Source: Conexivisphaerales archaeon
GTDB taxonomy: Archaea > Thermoproteota > Nitrososphaeria > Conexivisphaerales > DTJL01
Length of the DNA: 64,000 nt
NCBI GenBank assembly: GCA_038728585.1
Contig: JAVYTR010000007.1
Location: 25,680 to 89,679, forward strand
Direction: 5' to 3'
Positions 17,354 through 27,574 of the stretch are shown here, piece by piece; position 1 is the stretch's first letter, and every line of letters begins with the position of its first letter. The position numbers were made by a program, and so were the translations under genes. A model generated the notes under the pieces. That model was not told the origin of the DNA and did not search any database. It worked only from the letters and a program-made list of their open reading frames with translations.

Positions 17354-18238
17354 ATGAATGAGAAGATGTTACAGAAGGAGGTTTCCAGGCAGAGAAGTCA
17401 GGCTTCTCATACGCATTCCGTGAATCCTTCTCCCTGGCATGGTCTCTGGGCGCTGACTAACAGGGACCTCAGAAAGTGGTACACCAATCCTTTCCAGCTC
17501 TTCATGTCACTCATCCAGCCTGTAATATGGCTGGGTCTCTTCGGCAAGGCTCTTGACTTCGGGGCGATCTTCACAGGTTCAGCTCCTCAGCTTTCCGGAG
17601 CAATACTAACTTCTGTCTTCGGTACAAGCAGCTACTTCTCTTTTCTGGCAGCTGGCATGCTGACGTTTGTGATACTCTTCACAGCTATGTTCAGCGGAAT
17701 GTCGATAGTATGGGACAGAAGGTTCGGCTTCCTGAACAAAGTCCTGACAACACCTGTGGCAAGGGGGTCTATAGTGATGGCAAAAGTTCTTTCAAGCGTT
17801 GGCAGGTCTCTTGTGCAGGCTGCAATAGTTCTTGTTATAGCTGTTGCTCTCGGTATGGATACGAGCAAGATGACAATTCTTGGAGTGGCAGGTAGCTTCG
17901 CAGCGATGTTCCTGATGGCCATAGGGCTGTCATCCCTCTTCGTAATGCTTGCGCTCAGGTCGACTGACTGGCAGACACAGATGGCTATAATGAATCTGCT
18001 TAACCTCCCTCTTCTGTTCGCTAGCAATGCACTGTTTCCGGCCAAGTTTATGCCTGAGTGGCTTCAGTACATAGTCAAAATAAACCCTGTCAGCTATGCT
18101 ACAGACGCAGCAAGACAGCTTCTCCTCGGTTCTACAGGCATAGCCTCTCTAGCATTCGACTTTTCCTTTCTTGCTGGGTTTGCAGTGCTCTTCTCAGCTA
18201 TAGGTATAGTCATGTCCTGGAGATACCTCACAAAGTAG
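17354..18238 (+). CDS. ABC-2 type transporter permease
   Basis: Six predicted TM helices after a charged N-terminal leader. Lies directly downstream of the ABC ATPase. The start is ambiguous (17276 or ATG 17354). Confidence 0.7.
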   Translation: MNEKMLQKEVSRQRSQASHTHSVNPSPWHGLWALTNRDLRKWYTNPFQLFMSLIQPVIWLGLFGKALDFGAIFTGSAPQLSGAILTSVFGTSSYFSFLAAGMLTFVILFTAMFSGMSIVWDRRFGFLNKVLTTPVARGSIVMAKVLSSVGRSLVQAAIVLVIAVALGMDTSKMTILGVAGSFAAMFLMAIGLSSLFVMLALRSTDWQTQMAIMNLLNLPLLFASNALFPAKFMPEWLQYIVKINPVSYATDAARQLLLGSTGIASLAFDFSFLAGFAVLFSAIGIVMSWRYLTK

Positions 18239-18333
18239 GTTCAGGTTCATTCATCTCTAAAGCGACACCATCATCTTTTTTAACATCAGGTAAACAGCAG
18301 GGATGCTGATACAGTCAGATGGTAGGGTAAAAC

Positions 18334-19401
18334 ATGAACTATACCGGTCAGAAAAGCTATGGTAAAATAAATTACGACCATTTCGTATCCACCATCCTGC
18401 CTCAGCTTGGCTCAGCGAGAAGCGAATTGGTGCTGGGGCCTGCTCCTGGTGTTGATTTTTCAGCCATAAGGATTGCCAGAAACAAGACCCTGCTTCTCAG
18501 TTGTGACCCGATAAGTTATCTGCCCGAGCTCGGTGCAGAAGACTCCGCTTTTATCTCAATCGCTTCTCTCACAGCAGACCTGCTGACATCAGGAGTAGAA
18601 CCCGCATACGCTGCATTTGTGCTCACACTACCTCCAGAGATGAGCAATGCAGATTTCAGAAGGTACTGGGCTGCTATAAACAGAGAGTGCCAAAGGATGG
18701 GAATAGCTATTGTGGCAGGCCATACTGGTTCATACCAGGGATGCAATTACAGCATAATAGGTTCAGGCTTCGTCATGACAACAGCAAGTGCAGGCAGATA
18801 CGTCAGCTCGTCGATGGCCAGACCTGGTAATAAACTGATAATGACAAAGACTGCTGGTATAGAAACCACTTTTATCTTTGCCAAATCTTTTCCGGAAACG
18901 GTCAGGAAGGAAATAGGGAATAAAGCATTCGAAGAGGCTGTTTCATTAATAAGGAAGATGTCAGTCTTTGATGATGCCATTTCTGCAGTTTCGGTAGGAA
19001 TGCATGCAAAGGGTATAACATCGATGCATGATGTTGCTGAAGGAGGAGTTATAGGAGCTGTCGTCGAACTGGCAGAAGCCTCCTCTGTCGGTGTGCTTGT
19101 GCACGAAGACAAAATACCGGTTGCTCCTGTAACTAGGAAAGTATGTGACCTGTTTTCACTCAACCCACTGACCACTCTGGGCGAAGGGTCTCTTCTCCTC
19201 ACATGCCCTCCTTCCAAAGAAAGAAGGGTGCTGAACGCTCTAAGAAAGTCAGGGGTTGAAGCAACGACGATAGGGAAGATAGTTGACAAGAGTGAAGGAA
19301 GAATACTCGTAAGGAATGGTAGCGAAGAAAGGCTCGGTTCAGTCGATTCAGCAGAGTACTGGAGAGCCTATGCTGAGGCGAAGTCTAGGGGTCTGACCTA
19401 G
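18334..19401 (+). CDS. AIR-synthase-related (PurM/HypE/SelD-fold) protein
   Basis: 355 aa. N-domain block DFSAIRI...LLLSCDP and C-domain block GITSMHDVAEGGVIGA, typical of the PurM-like superfamily. Confidence 0.6.
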   Translation: MNYTGQKSYGKINYDHFVSTILPQLGSARSELVLGPAPGVDFSAIRIARNKTLLLSCDPISYLPELGAEDSAFISIASLTADLLTSGVEPAYAAFVLTLPPEMSNADFRRYWAAINRECQRMGIAIVAGHTGSYQGCNYSIIGSGFVMTTASAGRYVSSSMARPGNKLIMTKTAGIETTFIFAKSFPETVRKEIGNKAFEEAVSLIRKMSVFDDAISAVSVGMHAKGITSMHDVAEGGVIGAVVELAEASSVGVLVHEDKIPVAPVTRKVCDLFSLNPLTTLGEGSLLLTCPPSKERRVLNALRKSGVEATTIGKIVDKSEGRILVRNGSEERLGSVDSAEYWRAYAEAKSRGLT

Positions 19402-19457
19402 AGAAACGGAAAAGTAAAGCTATCCAGGATTGAATCAGCATAAGCGCATATATACGT

Positions 19458-19982
19458 ATGCAAAGACAGTTCTTTGTTATGTCAGACCTACATGAAATGG
19501 TACTGAGTGTGGGTGGATTCAGAAACCTCTTCGAATCGCTTAGAAATAAGGGCGTCGATGTTGAAAAGGTTGTGACAGAGGCTTTAGCGAATTCAAATCC
19601 CCTCTTTTCTTCAATAGGCTTCAGGGTGAGAAGATTATCTGACGGTAGGGCTGAGATAGAATTCCCGATGAGCAGAGAAGCATCAAGGGCAGGAGGAATA
19701 GTGCATGGTGGCATCATAATGTATGCACTTGACACTACGCTTGGTCTAGCGGTTATGACTGCCAGCCAGGCCATTAACCAATATACACTAGAGCTCAAAG
19801 TTAACTTCCTAGAGCAGTTAAAGAAAGACCCCTTCACAGTAGAGGGAAGGCTGCTCAGACTGGGCAGAACAACTGCAGTGGCTGAGGGAGAAATCAGGGA
19901 TGCAGAAGGTACCATCTGCTCAAAAGGCATAGGCACATGGTATCTGGTCCATAACCATCAAGATGAAAAGAAAGAACGATAA
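19458..19982 (+). CDS. PaaI-family hotdog thioesterase
   Basis: Block GGIVHGGIIMYALDTTLGLAV followed by a C-terminal beta-sheet region, characteristic of PaaI/4HBT thioesterases. Confidence 0.7.
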   Translation: MQRQFFVMSDLHEMVLSVGGFRNLFESLRNKGVDVEKVVTEALANSNPLFSSIGFRVRRLSDGRAEIEFPMSREASRAGGIVHGGIIMYALDTTLGLAVMTASQAINQYTLELKVNFLEQLKKDPFTVEGRLLRLGRTTAVAEGEIRDAEGTICSKGIGTWYLVHNHQDEKKER

Positions 19983-20075
19983 GCAAGCGATGCTTTCTGT
20001 CGAATATTATTGAGCTGATTGAGAACCTGTTTAAGTCTCACAAATTAAACGGAGCCTTGTCAAACTGATTCAGGC

Positions 20076-21341
20076 ATGTCAAAGGTAACTTTAGCACTGC
20101 ATCTGGGGCTTCCCCTCTACCCGAACAGGGCATTTCCTTATGATAGGGCGAAGAGGATAGCTGAAGAGGCCACTCTGATGGACAAATATTTTGACTATGG
20201 GCTTAGTCACAGAATGTATCTTGATGAATACAGATGGATATACAGCCCTTTGCTCGAAGGATTCAAATCTGCTATTGATGAGCTGCAGAAATCAGGTTCA
20301 AATTTCAAATTTGCACTCTGCATCTCAGGGCTTCTGCTTGAACAGATGCTGAAAGAGGACAGGTCTCTCATAAATACGATAACCGCTATGGTAAATTCTG
20401 GCTCTGTCGAAATGCTCACAACCCCGTTCTATAACAGCCCTTCATCAGTCTATCCATCTGGCACGGCCGAGTTTGAAGAGCAGGTGAAGGAGCATCAGCA
20501 GCTGATAAAGAAGGTATTCTCAGCAGATACAAACATACTTGTCAATAGCAAGCTGATATACAGCGATAGGGTGGCGAAGGCTGCAGAAGCACTTGCCCTC
20601 AAAGGTGTTATCGTCGACGAAGTCCCCAACCTGAACGTTCACACATCAGGCCAGGTCTATTCTAGCGCAGTTTCTCCAGGCATCAAGCTCCTGGTCAGAG
20701 ACCTGAAATCAAGTCTTGCCCTGATAAGAGGTGAGCTGAGCACTCATCAGCTTTTGCAGCAGGGGTATCATCTTCTGTATCTTGAAGGTAGATATCTACC
20801 CAGAGCAAGTCCTATTGTCTACAGGAATCTTGCTCTTTCCTTTGTGCAGGCCGGAATAGAGACTGTTCTACCTTATGAGGTGGCTGAGGAGAGTATACCT
20901 TCAGGAAGCGTATCTGTACCTGAGCCTATGAACATAGCCACTTCTGAGGTTGATGGGGACTTTTCAACTCTGATAAGAAACCCAATGCAGAGAATGTACC
21001 ACGACAGGCTCTTCTCTCTGCAGCCTTATGTGAACGAGGTAAACGACCAGAGAATTAAAGGAATATGGAGGCTGATGCAGCAGGTCGATTTTCTTGCTGC
21101 GATGGACGAAAGAAACTCTGAGGATACTGAAAGCAACTTCAGCTCAGCATATGAGGCTTTTGCAGTATTGAATACCATACTCGTCGATTTTGAGGGGAAG
21201 GTTGCAACGCTTGTTCAGAGGATAAGGAAGGCGAAGATGCAGGCTCAGCAGAAGCTGATGCAGGCTCAGCAGTTGGCTGCACAGCAGCAGCTGCAGCAGC
21301 AGACGATTGCTCAAGCCTTACAGCAGGTAAAGCAGACATAA
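20076..21341 (+). CDS. GH57-like domain protein with degenerate catalytic motifs and Q-rich coiled-coil tail
   Basis: The N-terminal ~190 aa follow the GH57 pattern (FKFALCISGLLLEQML..., GSVEMLTTPFYNSP). However, HQP is replaced by HLGLP, and the TERV nucleophile region reads SDRV. The C-terminus is QAQQKLMQAQQLAAQQQLQQQ. Confidence 0.45.
   Translation: MSKVTLALHLGLPLYPNRAFPYDRAKRIAEEATLMDKYFDYGLSHRMYLDEYRWIYSPLLEGFKSAIDELQKSGSNFKFALCISGLLLEQMLKEDRSLINTITAMVNSGSVEMLTTPFYNSPSSVYPSGTAEFEEQVKEHQQLIKKVFSADTNILVNSKLIYSDRVAKAAEALALKGVIVDEVPNLNVHTSGQVYSSAVSPGIKLLVRDLKSSLALIRGELSTHQLLQQGYHLLYLEGRYLPRASPIVYRNLALSFVQAGIETVLPYEVAEESIPSGSVSVPEPMNIATSEVDGDFSTLIRNPMQRMYHDRLFSLQPYVNEVNDQRIKGIWRLMQQVDFLAAMDERNSEDTESNFSSAYEAFAVLNTILVDFEGKVATLVQRIRKAKMQAQQKLMQAQQLAAQQQLQQQTIAQALQQVKQT
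21237..21302 (+). repeat. coding direct repeat plus CAG-rich tract
   Basis: atgcaggctcagcag occurs twice (21237 and 21258), followed by a cagcagcagctgcagcagcag tract. Together they encode the poly-Q tail of the GH57-like protein. Confidence 0.8.
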
Positions 21342-21403
21342 TATATAGCAGCTTAAATATAATCTCCTCCCACGCCTGCCTATGAACTCATCAGGGGCTG
21401 ATA

Positions 21404-22525
21404 TTGATGAGACTGCTTGAGTACCAGGCAAAGGAGCTTATGTCAAAATTCGGGCTGAAGGTTCCCAGGGGGAAGGTGGTTAGCGACGTTTCAGATGCCG
21501 AGAGGTTTGCGAGGACGATAGGTTATCCTGTAATCCTAAAGGCACAGCTTCCGATTGGTGGAAGGGGCAAGGCGGGGCTGATACTTAAGGTTAAGGATGA
21601 CACAGAGCTTCAGGCGAACTTCAGAAGGCTGCAGGAAACAAGAGTTTCAGGATACACAGTAAGGGAAGTTTTGGTGGAGCCATTCTTGGCTCATGACAGG
21701 GAATTGTACATTTCTCTCTTCGAAAACAGGGGAGACAGGTGCTTCACTCTGATTGCCTCTTCATCAGGAGGCGTAGATGTGGAGGAAGTGAAGGACAAGT
21801 ACGTTGCTAACTTTGGCCTGGGTGGGCCTAGTGAAGAGGTCTACTCAGCTGCAGCATCATATCTGAAGCTGACATCGAAGGAGAGGGAAAGGTTCATCTC
21901 GACCGCAAAGAAGCTCTACACAGTCTTTGACAGCTCAGAAGCCGAACTTGTTGAAGTGAATCCACTTGCATACGTTAGCAACTCAAGCAGCAATGACTTT
22001 ATGCCTCTGGACGCCAAGATAATACTCGATGATAATGCTCTGTTCCGCAGGCCGGAACTGAAGCCATATCTGCCTAGCGACATATCTGTAGAAGAAGCGG
22101 AAAAGTACGGGTTCAACTTTGTGCCTCTTGACGGAGACGTTGCTGTGGTAGGCAACGGTGCTGGCCTTGTTCTTGCAACCCTTGATATGGTATCTTCTAG
22201 AGGCCTCACCCCTGCATGCTTTCTGGACCTGGGAGGAGGTGCAACACCTGAAAGAGTTCTTGCTGCACTCGAGCTTCTCTCTAAAGCACTACCGAACATG
22301 AAGGCACTTTTCATAAACGTCTTCGGAGGAATCACTAACAGCGTTTCTGTAGCCGAAGGTTTCCTTGAAGCCAGAAGGCGTGGTCTCTTGTCAAAGCCAT
22401 TTTTCATCAGGCTGTCAGGTGCAGGTGAGGATGAAGCTAGGGAACTGCTAAGGCAGAACGGGATAGATTCCCACATCGATGTCGAGGAAGCTCTGGATTC
22501 GCTGAGCAGGTGGGGTGGAAAGTAA
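21404..22525 (+). CDS. sucC: succinyl-CoA synthetase beta subunit
   Basis: ATP-grasp N-terminus MRLLEYQAKELMSKFGL and a C-terminal CoA-ligase domain. Translationally coupled to sucD (TAATG). Confidence 0.9.
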   Translation: MMRLLEYQAKELMSKFGLKVPRGKVVSDVSDAERFARTIGYPVILKAQLPIGGRGKAGLILKVKDDTELQANFRRLQETRVSGYTVREVLVEPFLAHDRELYISLFENRGDRCFTLIASSSGGVDVEEVKDKYVANFGLGGPSEEVYSAAASYLKLTSKERERFISTAKKLYTVFDSSEAELVEVNPLAYVSNSSSNDFMPLDAKIILDDNALFRRPELKPYLPSDISVEEAEKYGFNFVPLDGDVAVVGNGAGLVLATLDMVSSRGLTPACFLDLGGGATPERVLAALELLSKALPNMKALFINVFGGITNSVSVAEGFLEARRRGLLSKPFFIRLSGAGEDEARELLRQNGIDSHIDVEEALDSLSRWGGK

Positions 22526-23424
22526 TGCAGGACTCGCTTCTTTCTTCATGGCTTTCTGGCAGCAAGGACCCGAAGGGTGTACCTGTGCTGGTTCAGGGAA
22601 TCACAGGCAGATATGGCAGGCTTCATACAGAGCTGATGCTGAATTACGGTACAAACATAGTTGCAGGCGTGACCCCAGGGAAAGGAGGGACCGAAGTGCT
22701 TGGTGTTCCAGTCTTTGACAGCTGCGATGAAGCAGTCAGGAGGACTGGAGCTGCAACAAGTGTTGTCTTCGTCCCAGCCCCAAATTATCTATCCGCAGTC
22801 GTCGAAGCTATAAGGGCTGGAATAAAGCTGGTAGTAGGTATAACAGAGAGGGTTCCTGTCAGGGATACGCTCAGATCTCTTGAAGAAGCAAGAAGATACA
22901 ACGCGAACCTTATAGGTCCGAACACCCCGGGTATAATCTTCCCTGGCAGAATAAAGCTGGGTATCATGCCTGTTCAGCCGTTCATTGCTGGAGATACCCT
23001 GGTTCTTTCAAGGAGTGGAACCTTGACATATGAAATCTCAAACTACCTCAGAAAGGCAGGGATTGGAATATACTCAGCCATAGGCATAGGCGGAGACCCG
23101 ATCAATTCCACAAACTTCATCGAGGCTCTTGAGATGGCCAGAGATAATTCTTCGATAAACAACATAGTGATAATAGGAGAGATAGGTGGAGATGCCGAGG
23201 AGAGAGTTGCATCTTACATAAGCAGTACTGGTCTCAGGAAAAAGGTTGTTGCATACATAGCAGGCAGGTCAGCACCGAAGGAGAAGAAGATGGGTCATGC
23301 TGGCGCAATAATCATGGGAGAGGCAGGGACTGTCGAAAGCAAAGAAAGGGCTCTCAATTCAGCTGGAGTACCTGTGGCGAAGATGCCATGGGAAGTACCA
23401 GAACTAGTCAGACACAAAAATTAG
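22525..23424 (+). CDS. sucD: succinyl-CoA synthetase alpha subunit
   Basis: CoA-binding block GITGRYGRLHT and phosphohistidine loop MGHAGAII. The ATG at 22525 overlaps the sucC stop. Confidence 0.9.
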   Translation: MQDSLLSSWLSGSKDPKGVPVLVQGITGRYGRLHTELMLNYGTNIVAGVTPGKGGTEVLGVPVFDSCDEAVRRTGAATSVVFVPAPNYLSAVVEAIRAGIKLVVGITERVPVRDTLRSLEEARRYNANLIGPNTPGIIFPGRIKLGIMPVQPFIAGDTLVLSRSGTLTYEISNYLRKAGIGIYSAIGIGGDPINSTNFIEALEMARDNSSINNIVIIGEIGGDAEERVASYISSTGLRKKVVAYIAGRSAPKEKKMGHAGAIIMGEAGTVESKERALNSAGVPVAKMPWEVPELVRHKN

Positions 23425-23443
23425 AGATCAATTGACTAATTGA

Positions 23444-23467
23444 TTGATTGATTATTTAATCAATCAA
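23444..23467. terminator. AT-rich perfect hairpin between convergent sucD and radical SAM genes
   Basis: ttgattgatta-tt-taatcaatcaa forms perfect 11-bp arms, embedded in a (ttga)n tract between two stop codons. Confidence 0.3.
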
Positions 23468-23482
23468 CTGCAGACAAGCAGT

Positions 23483-25159
23483 TCATGCTGCAAGCTGGGC
23501 TATGGTTTCTATTCTCCTGGAGCCGTTAAGGCCATACTGTTTGACCTTATCTATGTCGACTCCATGTTTCTTGCATATAGATTCAACCACCTTCAGCATA
23601 GCATAACCACCAAGAGCTATTATGCTTGAAGCACCTAGCTTTGAGAATATGTTTCCACCACCTTCAGCATAAGCATCCCTAGACGCCATCTTCGCAAGAT
23701 GCCTGTAGGAAGCGTAGTAGACTGCAAGCTGAGCCTTTGTGAGGATCTCAGTACTGAACTTTCTGCTCTTTATCATACCTAGTGGTACATTCTGCATAGG
23801 TGTTACAGTGAATTCGAACGGCCTGTCGTTCACATATGATTCGCTCATTCTGTTTATCAGGGCTACAGTCTCCCAGTTATCCTCATCAGTTTCGGAATTC
23901 TGACCAACCTGCACAGTGAACGCAGGCCTCCACCAGAACATATTCATGTTTCTTGTTCCCTGCCAGACTATTTCCTGCCAGCTGCCATCTGCCCCTATCT
24001 TGAGTGGCAAAGTCTTGTTCGGCATATGTAGCTTCGCAAGCCTGTCGCTCCCTGTCTCCAGCCCTACCTGTATCCCTATCCAGTTGGACGGACCTGCATG
24101 TATTATCTGGGAAAGCTTGGCAAGCAGTTCTGGATATGCAGCAGGTATGGATATTCTGCCATGAGTTGGGTTTGTATCATAAACACCATCTATCTGCATG
24201 ACAGAGCTGAAGAGCTCTATCAGTGCATCTTCGTTCGGGACGAACCTGGGTCCGTGCATATATGCGAATATCTCGTCGCTGTGGAGCCATGCATGGTGAA
24301 GCCCTGCCCTAACGTTGACCTCTATCTCCTTCTTTATCTTCTCCACAGGATAATAACGGAGGGGCCTGAGTGTCACTTCGCAGAAGTCACACCCTATCCC
24401 GCACCCCCTCATGACTTCGGTCAGAGTCTTCATCGTAGGCCTGACTATTTCGGGTATCTGGTCGAGTGTTGGATACATTCTGATCCCTGGCCTCCTTGAA
24501 AGGAACCTGTCATCCTTCACCCACCTTCTGTTGAACGATTCGTCGTAGGTTATGTAACCCTTGAAGAACAGGTTTGTGTCTATTGCATCCTCATACATCT
24601 GCTGGAAGAGTAGATGGATTATATCATCAGTTTCACCCTGGAATGCATAATCTACATGGAACCTGTCAAGTTCCTCCGGAGCTATGGTGAACTCCCATAC
24701 TCCTGGCCCTCCTACCACAAGCTTGGCCTTCTTCCCCTTTCTGGCCTTGTTTATTCTTGTCAGTAGGTACTCCCATTCCTTCCTTACCCATGGATACGAG
24801 TTGTTTCCGAACAGAGCCGCATATGACATGGTCAGAGGCCCGAACCCCAGAGGGTCCATTGTTGAGACACCTATTATCTCGGTGTCATCCTTTATGAAAT
24901 TTTCAAGATAATCTATATGGGGGACAGCAACTTCTTCCCTCTTGTGATGCAGTAGCAAAGCTGCTTCAATCTTTCTTATCGAATAAGTCGACAAGAGCGC
25001 TTCCCCGTTCTGCAATGCTGGGGAATCTCTCCCCTTGAGGAAGTTGTAGACGAATCTGGGAACCATATCGGATGGTGCGCATGGTAAGAAGTCCAGTAGA
25101 GGAAATTCCCTGTAGTCGTGTGAGAGTGTCAAATCTGAAACGAGAACGAACCTTGTCAA
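23483..25159 (-). CDS. radical SAM enzyme with N-terminal B12-binding-like domain (COG1032-like), function unknown
   Basis: 558 aa. CxxxCxxC cluster motif RGCGIGCDFCEV near residue 250. TTG start. Confidence 0.7.
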   Translation of the reverse strand: MTRFVLVSDLTLSHDYREFPLLDFLPCAPSDMVPRFVYNFLKGRDSPALQNGEALLSTYSIRKIEAALLLHHKREEVAVPHIDYLENFIKDDTEIIGVSTMDPLGFGPLTMSYAALFGNNSYPWVRKEWEYLLTRINKARKGKKAKLVVGGPGVWEFTIAPEELDRFHVDYAFQGETDDIIHLLFQQMYEDAIDTNLFFKGYITYDESFNRRWVKDDRFLSRRPGIRMYPTLDQIPEIVRPTMKTLTEVMRGCGIGCDFCEVTLRPLRYYPVEKIKKEIEVNVRAGLHHAWLHSDEIFAYMHGPRFVPNEDALIELFSSVMQIDGVYDTNPTHGRISIPAAYPELLAKLSQIIHAGPSNWIGIQVGLETGSDRLAKLHMPNKTLPLKIGADGSWQEIVWQGTRNMNMFWWRPAFTVQVGQNSETDEDNWETVALINRMSESYVNDRPFEFTVTPMQNVPLGMIKSRKFSTEILTKAQLAVYYASYRHLAKMASRDAYAEGGGNIFSKLGASSIIALGGYAMLKVVESICKKHGVDIDKVKQYGLNGSRRIETIAQLAA

Positions 25160-25353
25160 GCTGCTGCCACCTCTTTTAAGAGGAAGGGGTATGCCATCCC
25201 TTCTGTTTGCAGTGATAAGATGGGAAGGCTTTCCAGCACCAGCATAGAATGAGAGGCTACTATGAAGATATTAATAAATCTCACCTTAATCTCATAGCTG
25301 TAAAAAGTGATTCGGGAAAGGCTAAAATATCCATCTTATTCTGCTAAGGCTTC

Positions 25354-25524
25354 ATGCCTATAGCTGATGCAATGAAGAAACAGATCGCTATGGAGAGAAG
25401 GTTGTTTTACAAGATATGCATGAACTGCGGGGCAAAGAATCCTATAAAGGCTACAAGATGCAGAAAGTGCGGAAGAAGCAACGAGCTTAGGCTCAAGAAC
25501 AGGCAAACAGGGCCAAAGAAGTAA
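25354..25524 (+). CDS. rpl40e: 50S ribosomal protein L40e
   Basis: 56-aa ORF absent from the ORF track: MPIADAMKKQIAMERRLFYKICMNCGAKNPIKATRCRKCGRSNELRLKNRQTGPKK. The C-x2-C...C-x2-C zinc ribbon and overall pattern match L40e. Confidence 0.85.
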   Translation: MPIADAMKKQIAMERRLFYKICMNCGAKNPIKATRCRKCGRSNELRLKNRQTGPKK

Positions 25525-25539
25525 ATAATGAGCAGATAA

Positions 25540-25600
25540 GAAGACAGAAGAAAAAAGGGAAGCTAAAGAAAAATGGCTGATTCAAAAATCAGGTCTATTA
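25540..25600. terminator. terminator region between rpl40e and the gdhA 3' end
   Basis: Contains the hairpin ctgatt-caaa-aatcag. On the minus strand, T5 and T6 runs lie downstream of the gdhA stop. Confidence 0.3.
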
Positions 25601-25614
25601 GCTAAGCTCAGCTC

Positions 25615-26874
25615 TCAGATCCAGCCCCGTAATTTCATTGCATGTTCTACTTTCTTGACAGCTACTATGTATGCAGCCATCCTCATGTTAACTTTCTTGC
25701 CCATCTCTTCGTAAGTATTCAGCACGTCCTTGAACGCCTTTGTCATCTTCTTGTCGAGATTTTGATAGACTTCTTCTTCGCTCCAGTAGTAGCCATACCT
25801 ATCCTGCACCCACTCAAAATATGACACAGTCACTCCTCCTGAATTGCACAGAAAGTCTGGAATCACAAACACACCCTTTTCAGCAAGAATCTTGTCTGCC
25901 TCTGGTGTTGTGGGACCGTTTGCAAGCTCAGCTACAAGCTTTGCCTTCACCTTATCCGCATTATCCTTTCTCAGCTGGTTCTCGATCGCTGCAGGGATCA
26001 GCACATCAACATCGAGCTGTAAAAGCTGCTCGTTGCTTATCTTTTCAGCTCCCGGAAAGCCTTCAAGGTTGCCCTTGCTCTCCTTGTACTGCACAGCCTT
26101 CTGTACATCTATACCTGATGGGTTGTAGATCCCTCCCCTTGAATCACTCACCGCAACAACCTTTCCGCCAAACATCTTGCTCACCAGCCTGGCTGCAAAG
26201 CTTCCTGCATTCCCAAAGCCTTGAATAGCAAACTTTGCCTTCTTCAGGTCCATCTTGAGGTATTTCGCAGCCTCTCTTATGTTGTACATACCTCCCATCG
26301 CAGTTGCATCTCCTCTTCCCAGAGAACCCCCTATCTCCACAGGCTTGCCCGTTATAACAGCTGGTTCATACCTGCCTGAGAGCTTGCTGTATTCATCCAT
26401 CATCCAGGCCATTATTTGTGGGTCGGTATATACGTCAGGCGCAGGTACGTCGTTGTCTGGTCCTATAATCTTGGCTACAGCCCTTATGTAGCCTCTGCTT
26501 AGAGCCTCGAGTTCAGCCTTGTTCATCTGCTTGGGGTCGCATATGACTCCTCCCTTTCCTCCTCCAAGAGGTATATCAGCAACGGCTGTCTTCCAGGTCA
26601 TCCACATAGCCAATGCCTTTACCGTATCGAGCGTCTCCATCGGATGAAACCTGATTCCTCCCTTTGCAGGTCCTCTTGCATCGTTGTGCTGAACTCTGAA
26701 CCCCTTGAACACGTTGACGCTTCCATCCCTCATCTTCACAGGGATCTGTACTTCAAGAACCCTGAGTGGTTCTCTAAGCAGAGCTCTTGCTGCATTTTCC
26801 AGCTTCATTATCTCTGCTGCTTCGTCGAACTGTTCTTGGGCTATCTTGAATGGATTCAGCTCTTCTTTTGACAA
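25615..26874 (-). CDS. gdhA: glutamate dehydrogenase
   Basis: Blocks AKGGIRFHP and PLGGGKGGV (active-site Lys region), and the Rossmann motif [10 protein letters not shown]. Confidence 0.9.
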   Translation of the reverse strand: MSKEELNPFKIAQEQFDEAAEIMKLENAARALLREPLRVLEVQIPVKMRDGSVNVFKGFRVQHNDARGPAKGGIRFHPMETLDTVKALAMWMTWKTAVADIPLGGGKGGVICDPKQMNKAELEALSRGYIRAVAKIIGPDNDVPAPDVYTDPQIMAWMMDEYSKLSGRYEPAVITGKPVEIGGSLGRGDATAMGGMYNIREAAKYLKMDLKKAKFAIQGFGNAGSFAARLVSKMFGGKVVAVSDSRGGIYNPSGIDVQKAVQYKESKGNLEGFPGAEKISNEQLLQLDVDVLIPAAIENQLRKDNADKVKAKLVAELANGPTTPEADKILAEKGVFVIPDFLCNSGGVTVSYFEWVQDRYGYYWSEEEVYQNLDKKMTKAFKDVLNTYEEMGKKVNMRMAAYIVAVKKVEHAMKLRGWI

Positions 26875-27067
26875 AAACTCTCCCCACCAGCATAGCGCGG
26901 ACCCGTCGTCTTTATAAAACTTGCAACATTTCCAGCTTTAAACCTGTATTTCTAATAACTTTTTTTATTGCATGCAGATACAAGCTGCTAAGGTAAAATT
27001 CGACGACTTTCACATTAAATTTTTAAGCATGTCAAATCAACAATAAGGCATAGAGCACAGCTGAAAG

Positions 27068-27574
27068 ATGAAGCTTCCCATCTGCACCTTTGATGCCAAG
27101 ATAGGCGTACTGTGTCCTAAGTGTGAAGCGAAGCTGAGGAACGGAGAGCTGACACAGACAGACGTTGACATATCGATAGCTCTTGTGAAGCTTGCAAGCA
27201 AGTTTCCTGCTCTGGATAAACTTACACTGAAAAGAGCCTTCTCTCTTGATGGAGAAATTGTTCTTCTTTTGGGTCAGGGAGATATGGCACAGATAAGGTC
27301 GAATCCTAAGCTGGCATCAGCGGTCCAGGAAGCTCTGGGTAAGAAGGTATGGTTCACAGAAGCGGAGAGTGATGATAGGAAGTTTGTTGAAAGCCTGCTT
27401 TACCCTGCCAGGATAATGACTATGAATACGGTCTTTGTTCCAGATGGGAGCAGAATCATGAAGATAACCATCCCTGGGAAGAGGACTTCAAAATTCCCTG
27501 TCGACATTGAAAAGGTAAAAAACATAGTCAAGGAGACCAGGGGGATAGACCTGGTCGTCAGATTTGAGAGATAG
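27068..27574 (+). CDS. NusA-like KH-domain RNA-binding protein with N-terminal zinc ribbon
   Basis: 168 aa. Zn ribbon C-x12-C-x2-C (CTFDAKIGVLCPKCEAK), then a KH-like region. The block DDRKFVESLLYPARI...PDGSRIMKITIPG resembles archaeal NusA. Confidence 0.45.
   Translation: MKLPICTFDAKIGVLCPKCEAKLRNGELTQTDVDISIALVKLASKFPALDKLTLKRAFSLDGEIVLLLGQGDMAQIRSNPKLASAVQEALGKKVWFTEAESDDRKFVESLLYPARIMTMNTVFVPDGSRIMKITIPGKRTSKFPVDIEKVKNIVKETRGIDLVVRFER

Noticed and set aside
18747-19936. Long antisense ORFs, for example 18747-19289 and 19385-19936. Others include 21916-22476, 32179-32664, 50760-51227, 52944-53429, 25740-26228 and 17632-18045.
   Set aside because: Each lies fully opposite a gene with strong family motifs. 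Their translations are Ser/Pro/Leu/Arg-rich low-complexity sequence with no motifs. These are typical shadow ORFs.
25169-25182. The 14-bp palindrome CCTCTTTTAAGAGG just upstream of the radical SAM start.
   Set aside because: It is a single short AT-centred palindrome with no second copy in the window. That is insufficient to call it an operator.
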